Notes: generated by a model from the letters alone, not told the origin. DNA of 64,000 nt from an uncultured Bacteroidota bacterium (GCA_963734955.1 CAVTJO010000007.1:333567-397566), one strand, 5' to 3'; shown: positions 28,240 through 39,541, numbered from the stretch's first letter. Numbers and translations are program-made.

Positions 28240-29439
28240 CTATAACGCGAATAGGTCTAACAACGTGTCTGTCAATGGAGCAACTTGAATAGTACCAAGG
28301 ATCAATATAAGCAACTTGTCGACAAGTGATCCAAGTAGGTTTCTTGCCTGCCGGCGAACCAAGCGAATTAGCTGGATACCGGGCGCGTTTGATGGACATG
28401 GGCATGGTCCCATTCTCGCTCTACAAATCTTCTCATCGCCAAAGAAGCAATCGGGAACCAAAATGGAGCCTGTCTGTAATTCGTTTTCATACCAGGCAAT
28501 CGTGCGGTGCAAACCATCGTCGAATGATACAGTCGGCTGCCACCCCATTTTTGTTTCTGTAGCTGATACGTTCGCGGTCCTTGATGTCTCCATTTGTCGA
28601 TCTGGAAGCGCGCCGAATAAGGGTCTAAGGCCGGGATTCATCAAATCAACGATCTTCTCCACAGCCTGCCGAGCCGTATGCATCACCCCGGTCCCCAAGT
28701 CAACAACTTGGCCCTCAGCCGAGGAGGATTGGGATATTGCAATCAATCCATCGACTACATCATCGATGTATATCCAGTCCAAGGGTCGTGAACCGCTTGA
28801 GATTTTCGGCCGCTGGCCGCTGTACAAAGACAGAATCGTGTAAGGAATGAGCTTCTTGAGATCACTTTGCCTAGGGCCGTAGGTCATAAAAATTCGGCCA
28901 ATGGTGTAAGGAGTCTGATAGAGTGCATGAAACATGCGAGCATACAGGCTGCTGGCGAACTTTGAAGCGGCATATGGAGAGGAAGGAACAAATGCATTTG
29001 CATCAACTTCTCCAGAATCAGGTTCGTCAAGAGATCCGGACAGCACAACGCGATCACAACCCGTTTCCGTTGCGATGCCAAGGACGTTCACGGTTGTCAG
29101 GAAGTTACTTCTTACCGTCGGAACGACTTGCTTTAGGTCGCGATAACCTTGCACGTGTCCGGCTAGGTGAAAGACTATCTGTGGCCTCGCCATTCGGAAC
29201 ACTTGCCGCAATTCCAAATGGTTGCTGATGTCGGCCCGCCAAACTCGGGCTGATCCCCATTGATCGGATCCCATGGTGCGTGAGACACAATGAACTTCCG
29301 CCCCGTCTGCTACTAGTCGTCTGCACAGATTCGATCCAATGAAGCCGCTAGCCCCAGTAACCAGAATTCTCTTGGTGGTCAAGGAAGGAACCGAGACCTT
29401 GTTCTTAACCACTGTAACCTCCGTATCTGGTATACTCAC
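28240..29439 (-). CDS. NAD-dependent epimerase/dehydratase (extended SDR)
   Basis: ILVTGASGFIG, YAASK catalytic motif, RIFMTYGP, DWIYIDDV. Confidence 0.88.
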   Translation of the reverse strand: MSIPDTEVTVVKNKVSVPSLTTKRILVTGASGFIGSNLCRRLVADGAEVHCVSRTMGSDQWGSARVWRADISNHLELRQVFRMARPQIVFHLAGHVQGYRDLKQVVPTVRSNFLTTVNVLGIATETGCDRVVLSGSLDEPDSGEVDANAFVPSSPYAASKFASSLYARMFHALYQTPYTIGRIFMTYGPRQSDLKKLIPYTILSLYSGQRPKISSGSRPLDWIYIDDVVDGLIAISQSSSAEGQVVDLGTGVMHTARQAVEKIVDLMNPGLRPLFGALPDRQMETSRTANVSATETKMGWQPTVSFDDGLHRTIAWYENELQTGSILVPDCFFGDEKICRARMGPCPCPSNAPGIQLIRLVRRQARNLLGSLVDKLLILILGTIQVAPLTDTLLDLFAL

Positions 29440-29485
29440 TCTTCAATCTCCTAGAGCTGAGTCCTGCTGGTCGCAATCGGAGAAT

Positions 29486-30864
29486 TTAGATGTTGTGGTT
29501 CTTGGTCTGCCCGCTGCCCGCCGGTGTAAGCTGTCTCAGAACGTTGTTCGCCAGCAACATTTGGGCAGCCATCTTTATTGTTCCGAAGCTAAGGTTCGCC
29601 TTCTCGGCGACAGCAAGTAGGGAATGTGACCCATCTGAGAGATTAAGAACCCAGAGCATTGCAAGCTCATCCTCTGGAGATCTGGTCATTCCACCGACTG
29701 AACCATAGAGCCCTCTCTTCCCGAGTTGTGGCTCGCATTTCGGATTCAGGTTAATGTAGGTTCCGTTGTGCTCAAGGACGTCCATTACCTCGGCGTAGGT
29801 CTTCAAGGAATCTGCAAGACTGGTTGATTGAACGAACTCCAGATTATCCGCCGACGAATGATACTCTGGAAACTGGCCGTGAGGAGTTCTTGTCAAGGAT
29901 CCAACCGCGAGGTTGAACCCGGGCGAGCAGTACTGTCTCTCGTCGTATCCGTATGGAGAGAATTCCTTTGTCCTGAACTCTTTCCCGGAATGTTTCAGCA
30001 CATGCAGGACCGCTTCGTCGATCTCGGCGTTTCCCCTCCGGCTTTTCTTGTACGTCATGCAACCCGGGGTCGCCAACGCATGCCACCACCAATCCGTGCT
30101 TGATGCGGGGAACCATCTGTTCGTTCTTCGATAGCCATGTGATGGAGCCGATCGCGCCGGGGATGAACAAGAACCGGTATGAGTATCGTGAGGATAGAGA
30201 TCCAAGATGTCTTGCGAGAAACGTGGCGACAGCAATCCCGGAGAGATTATCGTTGCAGAGGGAAGGATGGCAACTATGGCATGAGATGAGTACCTCGTCT
30301 TCAGTCTTGCCTTGTATGAAGTACTCGCCGTAAGTGAGATGCCCCTTTTCCAGAGTACTATCGATTCGGACCTCGTATGTATCATCCGGGAGACTCTGAA
30401 GCTGATTGTGGCTGATGCAGAAGCCCCAGTTTTCCTTGTAGTACGATGTCCGGTAGGGCACCCAATCGGGATGTTCGGGAATTGAGAAGAGATGTTTCTT
30501 CAGTTCCGACAGGGGAAGCTTTCGCCTGGATGGGGGTACTATAATTGAGGACGTGGAGATTGAGTTTCTGAAAGTCCACAACCTTCTCGCCTCGTGAATT
30601 CCTTATGTACGCATCACGGATGTTCCATTCTTTCGGGATCGTCCAATCAAAGACCTGTTCTCCGGTCGGCACCTCGGTAATACGGAGGGGAATGAACTCC
30701 TGGAGAATACGCAGAGTCTCTCTGAACCCGTTGCCAGTGATGCTTCTGCAAATCGGGTACAGGCGTGCGATGAGGGCGTGCATTTCGCCACCGAGCACTC
30801 CGAAATCAGTTTCAGGATGAGTGTCCTTGGAAGCTTGAACTTGTGTAGAGGGTGTCGAGTTCAA
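29486..30864 (-). CDS. DUF4910/DUF2172 aminopeptidase-like protein with C-terminal wHTH; two frameshifts (~30525, ~30065)
   Basis: LYPICRSITGNG, FDWTIPKEWNIRDAYI, PYRTSYYKENWGFC, CHPSLCNDNLSG, GYDERQYCSPGFNL and WVLNLSDG are distributed over three overlapping ORFs. Confidence 0.85.
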
Positions 30865-31420
30865 GAAGCGACCATCATGGTAAAATGTTCACGTGTTGAA
30901 TCCGGGTATTCCCGATCCCGCTGCGAGATAACAGTGACAGCTCTGGGCCAATTGATGCCGAAACAGCGGGTCATTCCATCTTACTCCCCGCGCCGCGTCA
31001 GGAACGTAGATGTCTGCCATTTGGTACAATACCTCGGTCGCATCTGCCAGGGTTTGGAATCCGTGGGCGAACCCCTTTGGAATATAGAGCATCTTTCCGT
31101 TCTCGACCGTCAGCTCAACCCCGAACCACTTGAGAAAGGTGGGGGAATGAGGGCGAAGGTCGAGCGCCACGTCGAACAAAGCCCCGCGGGTACAACGGAC
31201 CAGCTTGGTTTCTCCGTGTGGAGGAATTTGAAAATGCATCCCGCGGAGAGTGCCTGCCGTGTGGTTAAAGGAGACGCTGCATTGGACAAGATTCGCATCA
31301 AGATGGTGTTCTGCAAATTCCGTCGAGCACCATGATCGGGCAAAATACCCCCGATCGTCTGTCATACTTCTCCATCTCGATGACATACACTCCATCCAGA
31401 GGAGCAGGTGAAAAAATCAT
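30861..31420 (-). CDS. rfbC: dTDP/CDP-4-keto-6-deoxyhexose 3,5-epimerase (RmlC cupin); two frameshifts (~31365, ~30962)
   Basis: The MIFSPAPLDGVYVIE start joins DDRGYFARSWC, GTLRGMHFQ, KLVRCTRG, LYIPKGFAHGFQTL and RWNDP..GINWP. Confidence 0.88.
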
Positions 31421-31425
31421 GTTGG

Positions 31426-32698
31426 CTATTGATAGACAGTAACTTCGGGGATGGGGACGACGAATTTGCCTCCCCACTCGCGAATATACGAGATTTGGCT
31501 CATAATCTCATCCTTGAAATTCCACGGCAGGATAAACACATAGTCGGGCTTTGTTTGCCGGATCATGTCAGGATGGTGAATGGGGATATGTGTGCCGGGG
31601 AGATACTTCCCCTGCTTGTATGTGTTCTTGTCCACGGTGTAGTCGATGAAATCCGTCCGAATCCCGCAGTAGTTGAGCAGCGTGTTGCCCTTGCCCGGGG
31701 CGCCATAGCCGGCGATGGATTTACCCTTCCCGCTTTGCGTTGATCAGGAATTCCAGCAGCTTTCGTTTTGTTACCTTGACTCTTTCCGTGAACGTGGAAT
31801 AGTGGTCTAACTTCATGAAGCCGGCCTTGACCTCCCGTTCTCTCAGTGCCACGACTCGTTCGCCAACAGGTTTCGTGGAATCATCCGCATGCCTCGCGTA
31901 GATTCTGAGCGAACCGCCGTGCGTGGGCAGCTCGTCCACATCAAAAAGAGTCAAATCATGTGCCGTGAAGATCTTTTCAGCGGTTATGAGAGAGAAGTAT
32001 GAGAAGTGTTCGTGATAGATTGTATCGAACTGGTTCTCGTCCATTAGGCGCATGAGGTGGGGGAACTCGATCGTGACGACGCCCCTGGGTTTCAGAATCA
32101 ACCTGATACCCTCGACAAAGTCGTTGACGTCCGGAACTTGTGCAAGCACATTTGCACCGCATACAAGATCGGCCAGTCGTCCTTCGGCTGCCATTTCGGT
32201 CGCCGTCTTGACTCCAAAGAACTTCACCAAAGTCGGGATTCCTTTTTCCACTGCGACCTTTGCGATGTTTGCAGCAGGCTCAACCCCGAGCACTGGAATC
32301 TTCCTGGAAACGAAATGTTGGAGCAGGTAGCCATCGTTGCTCGCCAGTTCCACAACGAGGCTCTTCGCGTCGAGGTGCAGCCGCTCACTGATCATGTCAG
32401 CGTACCGCTTCATATGCTGCACCCAGCTTTCCGCATAGGACGAGAAGTATGCGTACTCGGTGAAGATGTGTTCCGGACTTACATACTCATCCAGTTGAAC
32501 GAGGAAACACTTGGAGCACACATACGCGTGAAGAGGATAAAACGGTTCCATCTTGTTCAGCTGTTCACGCGTCACGTAGCTTTCGCAGAGGGGTGACATC
32601 CCGAGATCGACAAAGGTATGCTGCAGCTTTGTTCCGCAAAACATGCATCCCTTGTCGAGGACAGGCTGGGAAGGTTCCAAGTGTTGTGCTCCTCTCAA
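31426..32698 (-). CDS. NDP-sugar C-methyltransferase (Zn-binding N-domain + SAM domain + C-MTase C-domain); frameshift ~31726
   Basis: CMFCG...LGMSPLCESY...CSKCFLVQL, VVELASNDGYLL, FDTIYHEH.SYFS, HGGSLR; continues in the next frame as GYGAPGKGNTLLNYCG...ILPWNFKDEI. Confidence 0.88.
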
Positions 32699-32742
32699 CT
32701 ATGCAGTGGCATGAGTTCGTGATTCGGGATCTTCATGGTGCA

Positions 32743-33812
32743 TCAATCCGATTGCTTCATGGAAGATGCGATTGATGTCCAGCGGAGATCTTCTTGCAGA
32801 AGGTGCTCGGCCATGAGCGACTTGATCTGATCGATGCGTTTGTAGCGTGGCCCTTCGAAATCGTCGAGTTTCAGCCCCACCTCTTTGTAGGCTTTGTAGA
32901 GTTGTTGGGCGCCCTTGCGGGCGTTCCACTGTGGCTTGAAGCCGGGAATCATGCGATTGATCTTCCCGAAGTCAGCACGGTAACAACGGAGGTCAGGGTC
33001 CTGCATCTTTCGCGAATTCGATCCTGCATCCCGGAACAGTCTCCTTCACAATGTCGGCGATCTCGCGGATCCGGTAGTTTTCTTCGGATTGACCGACATT
33101 GAACGCCTGGTTGTGTATAACCTCCCGTGGTGCTTTGAGCGCTGCGATGAATGCACGTGAGATATCTTCAATATGCACAATTGGTCTCCAGGGAGTTCCA
33201 TCGCTTTTCATGTACACCAAGCCTGCCGTAAATGCCCAAGCGACGAGATTGTTCAACACGACATCAAACCGAAGCCTCGGCGACGCACCGTACGCCGTAG
33301 CGCTGCGCATAAACGTCGGACTGAAACTGTCGTCGGCAAGCTTGCTCACATCCTGTTCGACACGCACTTTGGAGACCCCGTATGGAGTGACCGGATTAAG
33401 CGAAGACGTCTCGTCGACGAGGTTATCGCCGGCAGCTCCGTAGTTGCTGCAGGATGACGCAAAGACAAACCGGCTGACTCCCCGCTGCTTGCACAGCCCG
33501 GCAAGTCGGACGGACGCCAGATGGTTGATGTCATACGTGAGCTGCGGATTCAGGTTCCCCAGAGGATCGTTTGAGAGGGCCGCAAGATGTACGACGGCGT
33601 CAAAACCATCAAGGTCCGACGCCTGAATATCCCTCACGTCCTTCAGAATGGTGGGGATGTTCTGATCCCAACGTTCCGAACGTGGATCTCCGATAGAGGT
33701 CGGTGTCAAGGCCGACGACATCGAACCCCTCGGCTGTGAGCATCGGGACCATGACCGCGCCGATGTACCCTCTGTTTCCTGTTACGAGCACTCGCATTCT
33801 TTTTGGCTCCAA
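32743..33812 (-). CDS. NAD-dependent epimerase/dehydratase (SDR); two frameshifts (~33690, ~32995)
   Basis: [55 protein letters not shown]; C-terminal [10 protein letters not shown]. Confidence 0.88.
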
Positions 33813-33829
33813 ATGATTCGGGGATGACG

Positions 33830-34774
33830 TTAGTTTCCGTTTTTCAAAGTCTTCTGAGTCGTTTCAACGCGCTTCAGCCATGCTTCGCGCCACATCGGGT
33901 AGCTATTACGGGCGCACGCCCTGCGGCACAATCCTTCACAAGCAGTTCCTTCCAGCAAGACTGTGTTCTCGATATTACGCATCTTTCCCGTCGTTTCCAG
34001 AATGATGTTGTCGACTCGCTTAAGGACGCGGAATTGTTTGCCAGCATGGCGAAGCATCTCATAGTCTATGAACAAGCCGCGATTCTTTCCATACTTGTCA
34101 ATTGTGGCTGAAATCTCGTCTCTGGATCTTATCTCGACAAATTCCCCAGGTTGAAGATTGAGTGAAATTACAGGGGTTCTCGAGTTATCACCCGTCGCTG
34201 CGCCATACTCCCTCCCGCCCATGACCCTGCTAATGCGGTTATATGTGCTTATGAAAAGCGCCCTAAGTACTTGTAGAGTTGTAAAGTTCCCAGAAACCAC
34301 ATCACGGACATACTGCTTCAAATCCCATCGACTTAGAGGCGTGGTTGCTGTCATAATGCTCGTTGATTGACAAGAATAAGCCTTGCCTCTTTCAGAAACC
34401 GAGCGATTTCCCTCGAGAGGTCTATTTGGAGCGTGGTGCAACTGGATGCTTTCAAGGCCTTCGACCTTTCTCAGCCATGCTTCCTTCCAGAAAATCAAAC
34501 ATGCCCTATCACAAGCGTCGTGGGAGTTGCCGTCGCAACGAATTTCTTCAAGGAAAACAGCATTCTCCATCTGTCGGAGAAGTGTGCTCTCTACGCACAC
34601 TTTCTCTGCGCGACGGAATACCCTATATCGTTTGCCACAGTACTGCCACATCTCGTCCATGAACGGCAGGCCTTCGTAATTTCCTCTTTCGTCGAGCGTA
34701 GATCGAATTTCCTCCTTGCTCCGGATCTCTGCGACATCGCCCGCTCTCAAATTCAGCAACTGATTGGTCATCAT
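33830..34774 (-). CDS. Uncharacterised protein with two tandem Cys-containing SH3-like (nitrile hydratase beta-like) domains
   Basis: Two internal repeats L..G..(A/V)EIRS..EI..T(L/I)D..G...GL...EM....GK..RV..R...LE...C.G....C.R.(C/S)..W.EAWL..V. Confidence 0.65.
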   Translation of the reverse strand: MMTNQLLNLRAGDVAEIRSKEEIRSTLDERGNYEGLPFMDEMWQYCGKRYRVFRRAEKVCVESTLLRQMENAVFLEEIRCDGNSHDACDRACLIFWKEAWLRKVEGLESIQLHHAPNRPLEGNRSVSERGKAYSCQSTSIMTATTPLSRWDLKQYVRDVVSGNFTTLQVLRALFISTYNRISRVMGGREYGAATGDNSRTPVISLNLQPGEFVEIRSRDEISATIDKYGKNRGLFIDYEMLRHAGKQFRVLKRVDNIILETTGKMRNIENTVLLEGTACEGLCRRACARNSYPMWREAWLKRVETTQKTLKNGN

Positions 34775-34870
34775 TTTCCTTCTATTCCCTTTCTCCAGCC
34801 CATAGTTTCCTCTTTCGTTTTCATGGCCGAATGGTACTGAAGCGCCCCAAGAGACACTTCTGCGCACTCC

Positions 34871-35791
34871 CTATTCGCCTAGATAATTCGCCCAAAACGC
34901 TAAAGAGCCAAATGGATACATTTTCCGGCAAAAGCCTCTCCACCGCTTCCCTTGCAGCAGATAAAACCTTGCCAAGTAACCGTGGCATTGGAGTTTCTGT
35001 TGCCAGTGCAAGGGTTCGCGTTGGATACTCTTCACAAAGTCAATTGTTCTTTGCAGCGTGGGTAGCGAAGGACGATCCTTCTTTGAAGTGTCATGCCATT
35101 CTGCGAACGCGTTCTCAGTCCTGCAGACAACTGTAGAAATTTCCGGATGAAAGCGCTTGTAGAAAAGGTATGCAGGGATTTCAAAGAACTCACCCTTCAA
35201 GACAAGTTGAGCAAGCAGAACCTTGTCGGAGGAATGGTAGCTCCCGATCAATGAGGTCTCCTCGAGAGCATTCCTCCTGATTAAGCCAAACAAGGCATTG
35301 CAATTGTACTCATACACTCGCAAGAGGAAGTCGCGGAACCGTCTCGACGGATCTTTGCTGCGAAAGGCGAAATTATCGTCATAGTAATCAATAATGTTTC
35401 CATCCTGATCGATATTAATCGTCTTTGAATGGCAAAGGACCACAGTCGGATTCCTCTCAAGTATTTCGAAACACCGCTCCAATGTTTTTGGGGCAACAAG
35501 ATCATCATACGCTGCCCATCTGAAGTAGTCTCCCACCGAAAGTTCGTAAACACGATTGAAGTTCTTCGCACCTCCCACGTTTGTGGCATTTCGGTAGTAG
35601 CGAATGCGTCGGTCTCTCTTTGCATAGAGTCTGCATATTTCCTCTGTGCCGTCTGACGAAGCATTATCGGAAATAATCAACTCAAAATCAGAGAAAGTTT
35701 GCCTGAGAATTGCGTCAATTGCCTGCTGAAGATATTTTTCACCGTTGAACACCGGCAAGCCAACACTAATTCGGGGTGACCGATTTGCCAT
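34871..35791 (-). CDS. GT2 family glycosyltransferase
   Basis: ISVGLPVFNGEKYL, IISDNASSDGT, N.GGAKNFN, WAAYDD. Confidence 0.92.
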   Translation of the reverse strand: MANRSPRISVGLPVFNGEKYLQQAIDAILRQTFSDFELIISDNASSDGTEEICRLYAKRDRRIRYYRNATNVGGAKNFNRVYELSVGDYFRWAAYDDLVAPKTLERCFEILERNPTVVLCHSKTINIDQDGNIIDYYDDNFAFRSKDPSRRFRDFLLRVYEYNCNALFGLIRRNALEETSLIGSYHSSDKVLLAQLVLKGEFFEIPAYLFYKRFHPEISTVVCRTENAFAEWHDTSKKDRPSLPTLQRTIDFVKSIQREPLHWQQKLQCHGYLARFYLLQGKRWRGFCRKMYPFGSLAFWANYLGE

Positions 35792-35806
35792 CTTGGGAGT
35801 CCGCTT

Positions 35807-36946
35807 TTACAGTTCTTTGTTGCCGTTCGACATTGCGAATTTTGTCATGTTGCATAGGATGGTTGAGACAGCTCTTTCCACGTTGTACTCAGATTCAGCC
35901 TTCTTCCTCCCTCGATGTCCCATCGAAACCCGCAGAGGGCCGTTGTCTCTGAGAACTCGGAGTTTCTCAGCCAGGGCTTTGACGCTTCCGACAGAAACAA
36001 CAAATCCAGTATCGCCGTTTTCGACAATTTCCGCCACACCTCCGACCTCAGTCGAGATTACTGGCAATTGCATTGCCATAGCCTCACAGATTGCCAGACT
36101 TGAGCAGTCTGCTCTTGTCGGAATAACAAAAACATCTGCTTTGCGATACAGGGCGCGGAGTTGATCACTATTGGGATCGATATTGGCGTACACTCTGACG
36201 TTGTTGCTTTGTGACCCCTGGAAATCCCTGGTGACGATGTGAAAGTCGCAGCGTTCGAAGTCAGGCAGCGAGGCGACCTCCAGAAGTAGATCCCCGCCCT
36301 TTCTCACGAAGTCACCCCCGACAAACAGAATTTGGAAGGATTGGGTCGCATCCTCCTCCAAGCCTCGATTCTTATCACTCTGCCAGAATTCGAGATCAAT
36401 GCCTGGATGAAGTATTTGGATATTCTCTTCATCTATGGCGTAGTCAGTAACCAAGGATCTCTTTACCCAGTCTGACCACGGCATGAGCAATGCAGATCGG
36501 GCGTAGACGTTGCGGGTTGCTTTCTGCTTCAGGTACTCAATTGGATATCTTGGTGATGATGGAGAGCTTGTCTTGTACCACGAGCTATACCCGTCAAGCA
36601 ATCGGGGAGTCGCGTCCAGCGACATGATCGTGGGAACTCTCTTCATGAAGCTGGACAAGAAATAAGCTGGTGTAATGTGATTGATGAATGCAGCGTCAAA
36701 TCTCGCCCGATTTCGCTCCAGCTTACGGATCCTCGATCGTGCTACCATCGCATTCTTGAGTGAATCGTTCACGGAAACAGGTGGCATATTTGCACAGAGC
36801 TCGGGCGGCGACAGTTCGATGGGTAAAAAAGTGAATTCCGCGTCGTTTCTTCTGCCAAGAGCGGAACGCAGATTCTCGAAAAACACTGCGTTCCCAGAAT
36901 ATAATGCGCTCACAAACAGAAAGTGGTATCTATGAGATTCTTTCAT
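35807..36946 (-). CDS. GT4 family glycosyltransferase
   Basis: LFVGGDFVRKGG, ADVFVIPT, CEAMAMQLPVISTEVGGVAEIV. Confidence 0.9.
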   Translation of the reverse strand: MKESHRYHFLFVSALYSGNAVFFENLRSALGRRNDAEFTFLPIELSPPELCANMPPVSVNDSLKNAMVARSRIRKLERNRARFDAAFINHITPAYFLSSFMKRVPTIMSLDATPRLLDGYSSWYKTSSPSSPRYPIEYLKQKATRNVYARSALLMPWSDWVKRSLVTDYAIDEENIQILHPGIDLEFWQSDKNRGLEEDATQSFQILFVGGDFVRKGGDLLLEVASLPDFERCDFHIVTRDFQGSQSNNVRVYANIDPNSDQLRALYRKADVFVIPTRADCSSLAICEAMAMQLPVISTEVGGVAEIVENGDTGFVVSVGSVKALAEKLRVLRDNGPLRVSMGHRGRKKAESEYNVERAVSTILCNMTKFAMSNGNKEL

Positions 36947-37536
36947 AGGATCAATATTTTCTGTTAGTCCAGAGTGTCAGAACCGGCAAAAAAACGCGGT
37001 TTGGCTCCCCCGTCACCCACCAGACGTTGCCAGTTATACAAACCAACCACGATGTCACAATTTTGAATATCCAGTTGAACGTTGGAGTGGGTGAAACCCG
37101 CCATCAACGTACATCAAATCTCCAAATGTTTTGGTGACACTTCTCACTCGGGTTCGCACAATGCTGCCCAAGATGTGGGCAAGAGCTTATGTCGTTCGCT
37201 TCTTTGCTTGGGAGCTCTCCTATGCCGTCAGATTCATCTCGACGAACAGGTTTCGCCCAACAATCACATGTTCTTGAAACCTTAAGTAAGAAAGGTCCCC
37301 CAGTACAACATCGCTGTGCACTGCTTTCCGTTTTACGCAGCCCAAGGGACTAACGCAGAAGCATCCGTAGGATCGGATGAAAGTCCGCCTCTTACCTTGT
37401 GTCCGACGGAACCAATGCCAGCTCACCCTATCGCGGTAGAGTCTTCGGTGAAAACAGCAAACTATCAAAAAGGGTGAATCGAATATCTCTAGTCTCGTCA
37501 ACGATGACTGCCATTTGAAGATTTTTCCTCATGATA

Positions 37537-38310
37537 TCAATTCTTTATACGCACAACCTTCTTCACTTTCCAGAGTGCCCAATCAACCAAACGTGCCAGT
37601 CCTGAGAGCTTATATCTGAGATAAACTCCGTTCGAGTGATTGGCGACAGTGGTTCGCCGAATCTCGAACAAATCAGACGAAAGCCCCAATGGGCCGGTGT
37701 AGGCCGCAAACCCATATTGATACCCCACGCGTTTTGCAGCTTCCTTTACTCGCTCGTCGACATCGCCGTAAGGGTATGCAACTGCCACACATGGCTGGCG
37801 TAAGACACTCTCCAAACCAGCCCTTCCCTTTTGAAGTTCCTCCAGAAGTTCCCGATTGCTAAGGCCCGGCAGAGAACGATGAGAAAAAGAATGCGCACCA
37901 AACTGAATGCCCATCTCGCTCATTAGTTGGATGTGATGTGGTTCAAAGAGTCTCGCGTTACCCAACTGATCAGGAGGGTCCCACCAGTTGGCCTTCCGGC
38001 TGAAGTCCGTGACAACAAAGATGACAGCCGTGAAACCAAATTCCTGCATCACCGGGAGAGCATTTTCGAGCACGTCCAGATAGCCATCATCGAACGTGAT
38101 TATGATTGGCTCTTTCTTTCCATGGTCATCAATCGACGATGCGACCAACAAGTCGCTCATACTCGGCGTATAAAACCCGTGTTGAGCAAGGAATTCCATC
38201 TGCCGATGAAAGGTGCTTCGCGAAACAACAAATCGTGATTCTACGGGTTCAATGTCTGCACACACACGGTGGTAAAGAAGTATCGGAATATTCTTCTTCA
38301 CAGGAGTCAT
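37537..38310 (-). CDS. Polysaccharide deacetylase (CE4/NodB)
   Basis: PILLYHRV, ITFDDGY, FGAHSFSH, AYPYG. Confidence 0.92.
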   Translation of the reverse strand: MTPVKKNIPILLYHRVCADIEPVESRFVVSRSTFHRQMEFLAQHGFYTPSMSDLLVASSIDDHGKKEPIIITFDDGYLDVLENALPVMQEFGFTAVIFVVTDFSRKANWWDPPDQLGNARLFEPHHIQLMSEMGIQFGAHSFSHRSLPGLSNRELLEELQKGRAGLESVLRQPCVAVAYPYGDVDERVKEAAKRVGYQYGFAAYTGPLGLSSDLFEIRRTTVANHSNGVYLRYKLSGLARLVDWALWKVKKVVRIKN

Positions 38311-38317
38311 CCACTTC

Positions 38318-39541
38318 CTATCGATTTCTCAACGAATCATGCGAAGCCGAGGGTTCCCGAGTTGTCCGAACCCACTCGCCTGTCTCGCCCCGTCGCGACA
38401 ACTTTAGATATAGCATTGCTTTCCAGGCGATAAACCGGGGGAGAGAGAGGAGAGCTTTGTAAAGGAACCTATCTGCGCGGGACGCGTAAAGACCAATTAA
38501 CATATGAAGAAGCCCGAAAACAAGCACACAAGTCCACATACCTGCAAAAGAAAACATCGCCCCATCACCTGCAATATAGAGGCCCCATGTGAAAAGGAAG
38601 ATCCCAAGCACAATTGCCATCAGATTGATGAGTGGTGGAGTGACCAGATCAATAAACGAATCCAGGGATTTGAAGGAACCATGAAGCAGGGCATTTTTGA
38701 TGAGCGCAGGGGCGTACTGTTTTATTACCGGGAGTCTTCCTCGTTCCCATCTTGCGCGCTGGCTTTCGGCGAGTTTCGGGTTCAAAGGCATTGTAGCCAG
38801 TACACTTGCTTCAGGCGCGAAAGCAACAGGGATCCCGTGTAGCAACAAGTATAATCCGAATTCAAGGTCCTCCGTACGAGTATATGCCTGCCATGGATAG
38901 GAACGCAAAACCTCTGCGGCAAAGCACATGCCGTTTCCCCTTAAGCCAACAGTACATCCAATCACTGTCCGCCCAAGAGGGCGGGCATAATTATAGAGCA
39001 TAAACCCCAACCGTGTCAGCTCCGAACTCCAGGCGCCCTGGTTTGGCCTTACAAGATCGGCGGCCTGGATGACTCTGTCTCCACCATCGAGGCGGGAGTT
39101 CATCACGGTGAGAAAGTTTGTCGAAACTGTGCTGTCCGCATCCACTACAACCAGGGCATCGTACTTTGCCGGATCCAATAATAGCATGTCAAAGCACCAC
39201 CGGAGTGCATGTCCTTTTCCCCGCAGCTCATTGTTCGTCCGTTCGACAACAATGGCACCTGAGTCCCTCGCAACAGTTGCAGTCAGATCTGTACAATTGT
39301 CCGCAATGACCATGACATCAAATTTTTCACGCGGGTAGTTCAGGGCCAGGATACTCTTGATTGTCGGCCCGAGTGTGGATTCTTCGTTATGTGCTGGAAC
39401 AATGACAGCGAATTGGCGGGTACAAGCCGCTTCCAACACTTCAGGTGTCCGGGCAAACGCCGCGAGTACTGACAACAGGAACAGGTAGAACACCATGAGC
39501 CCGATTGTTACCAACAGGAGAATCTGCAAAGCGAGAATCAT
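38318..39541 (-). CDS. Membrane GT2 family glycosyltransferase
   Basis: VPAHNEE, IADNCTD, GKGHAL, VVDADS, TEDLE, QRARWERG, plus N- and C-terminal TM segments. Confidence 0.9.
   Translation of the reverse strand: MILALQILLLVTIGLMVFYLFLLSVLAAFARTPEVLEAACTRQFAVIVPAHNEESTLGPTIKSILALNYPREKFDVMVIADNCTDLTATVARDSGAIVVERTNNELRGKGHALRWCFDMLLLDPAKYDALVVVDADSTVSTNFLTVMNSRLDGGDRVIQAADLVRPNQGAWSSELTRLGFMLYNYARPLGRTVIGCTVGLRGNGMCFAAEVLRSYPWQAYTRTEDLEFGLYLLLHGIPVAFAPEASVLATMPLNPKLAESQRARWERGRLPVIKQYAPALIKNALLHGSFKSLDSFIDLVTPPLINLMAIVLGIFLFTWGLYIAGDGAMFSFAGMWTCVLVFGLLHMLIGLYASRADRFLYKALLSLPRFIAWKAMLYLKLSRRGETGEWVRTTREPSASHDSLRNR

Noticed and set aside
28240-28500. Cys-containing ~85-aa C-terminal extension of the epimerase as a new domain
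   Set aside because: Given the frameshift rate it may be read-through after a lost stop; I recognise no motif in it.
36947-37536. Hidden gene or structured RNA in the 590-bp gap between the CE4 and GT4 genes (similar gaps at 24520-24869 and 27024-27439)
   Set aside because: Only short ORFs with no recognisable motif, and no identifiable RNA family.
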